Shown: positions 15,956 through 16,063 of the stretch, piece by piece | How positions within the stretch are numbered: position 1 is the first letter of the stretch | Layout: each line of letters starts with the position of its first letter | Position numbers and translations under genes: made by a program | The notes under the pieces: model-generated | Database searches by the model: none | What the model saw: only the letters and a program-made list of their open reading frames with translations | What the model was told of the DNA's origin: nothing | NCBI GenBank assembly: GCA_046497485.1 | Contig: JAWOFP010000053.1 | Location: 1-16,063, forward strand | DNA length: 16,063 nucleotides | DNA from: Candidatus Nanohaloarchaea archaeon | Lineage (GTDB): Archaea; Nanohalarchaeota; Nanosalinia; Nanosalinales; Nanosalinaceae | Direction of reading: 5' to 3'

Positions 15956-16063
15956 AAATTCTCCTCACTCATCTTTCAGGCCTTCATACTTCAACCTGAT
16001 TTTTTCAGGAGTCGTTTAATCCTCCCCTGAGAAATAGGATACGCCTCCACCCGTTAATGTGAA

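Larger units (their letters stand above)
37..15983. repeat. Highly iterated dispersed palindrome AGGCCT
   Basis: About 51 copies by manual count (e.g. 37, 116, 305, 537, 613, 865, 933, 9172, 9185, 14155, 14303, 15371, 15978) versus 2-3 expected at about 40% GC. Confidence 0.85.

Noticed and set aside
15965..16063. 3' end of a minus-strand gene (FTLTGGGVSYFSGED*, then in-frame TTPEKIRLKYEGLKDE*)
   Set aside because: Too short at the window edge to fix the frame or distinguish a gene end from a pseudogene.
1..16063. CRISPR array, tRNA, rRNA, transposase or integrase
   Set aside because: No regularly spaced repeats, cloverleaf, rRNA-like tract or recombinase motifs were seen. AGGCCT copies are irregularly spaced and mostly intragenic.

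Overview
About 40% GC, densely coding prokaryotic DNA with very acidic (E/D-rich) proteins, short or leaderless 5' ends and GAGGT(GA) ribosome-binding sites. This best fits a halophilic archaeon with an AT-rich genome, probably Nanohaloarchaeota (inference). The left part (1-8415) is a mosaic of accessory genes: SDR, SGNH hydrolase, NAD-dependent epimerase, a convergent DUF5615/DUF433 toxin-antitoxin pair, a ParB-motif protein, a JAB/JAMM-motif protein, a NodB deacetylase, a cytidine deaminase, an APH-type kinase and a methyltransferase. The main candidate system is a tightly coupled minus-strand operon (8578-14133): CooC-like ATPase, Y4yA/LysA-fold PLP decarboxylase, cysteine-synthase-rhodanese fusion, SAM methyltransferase and SufS-like desulfurase. 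It is preceded by an unannotated 26-codon structured leader ORF and faces, divergently, a minimal SerK/SbnI-like ParB-fold protein and a NikR regulator. Together these look like an uncharacterised, possibly metal-regulated pathway for a sulfur-containing amino-acid-derived metabolite. Independently, the palindrome AGGCCT is about 20-fold over-represented (about 51 copies by manual count), HIP1-like, with a near-empty 4 kb gap that suggests a recently acquired block.
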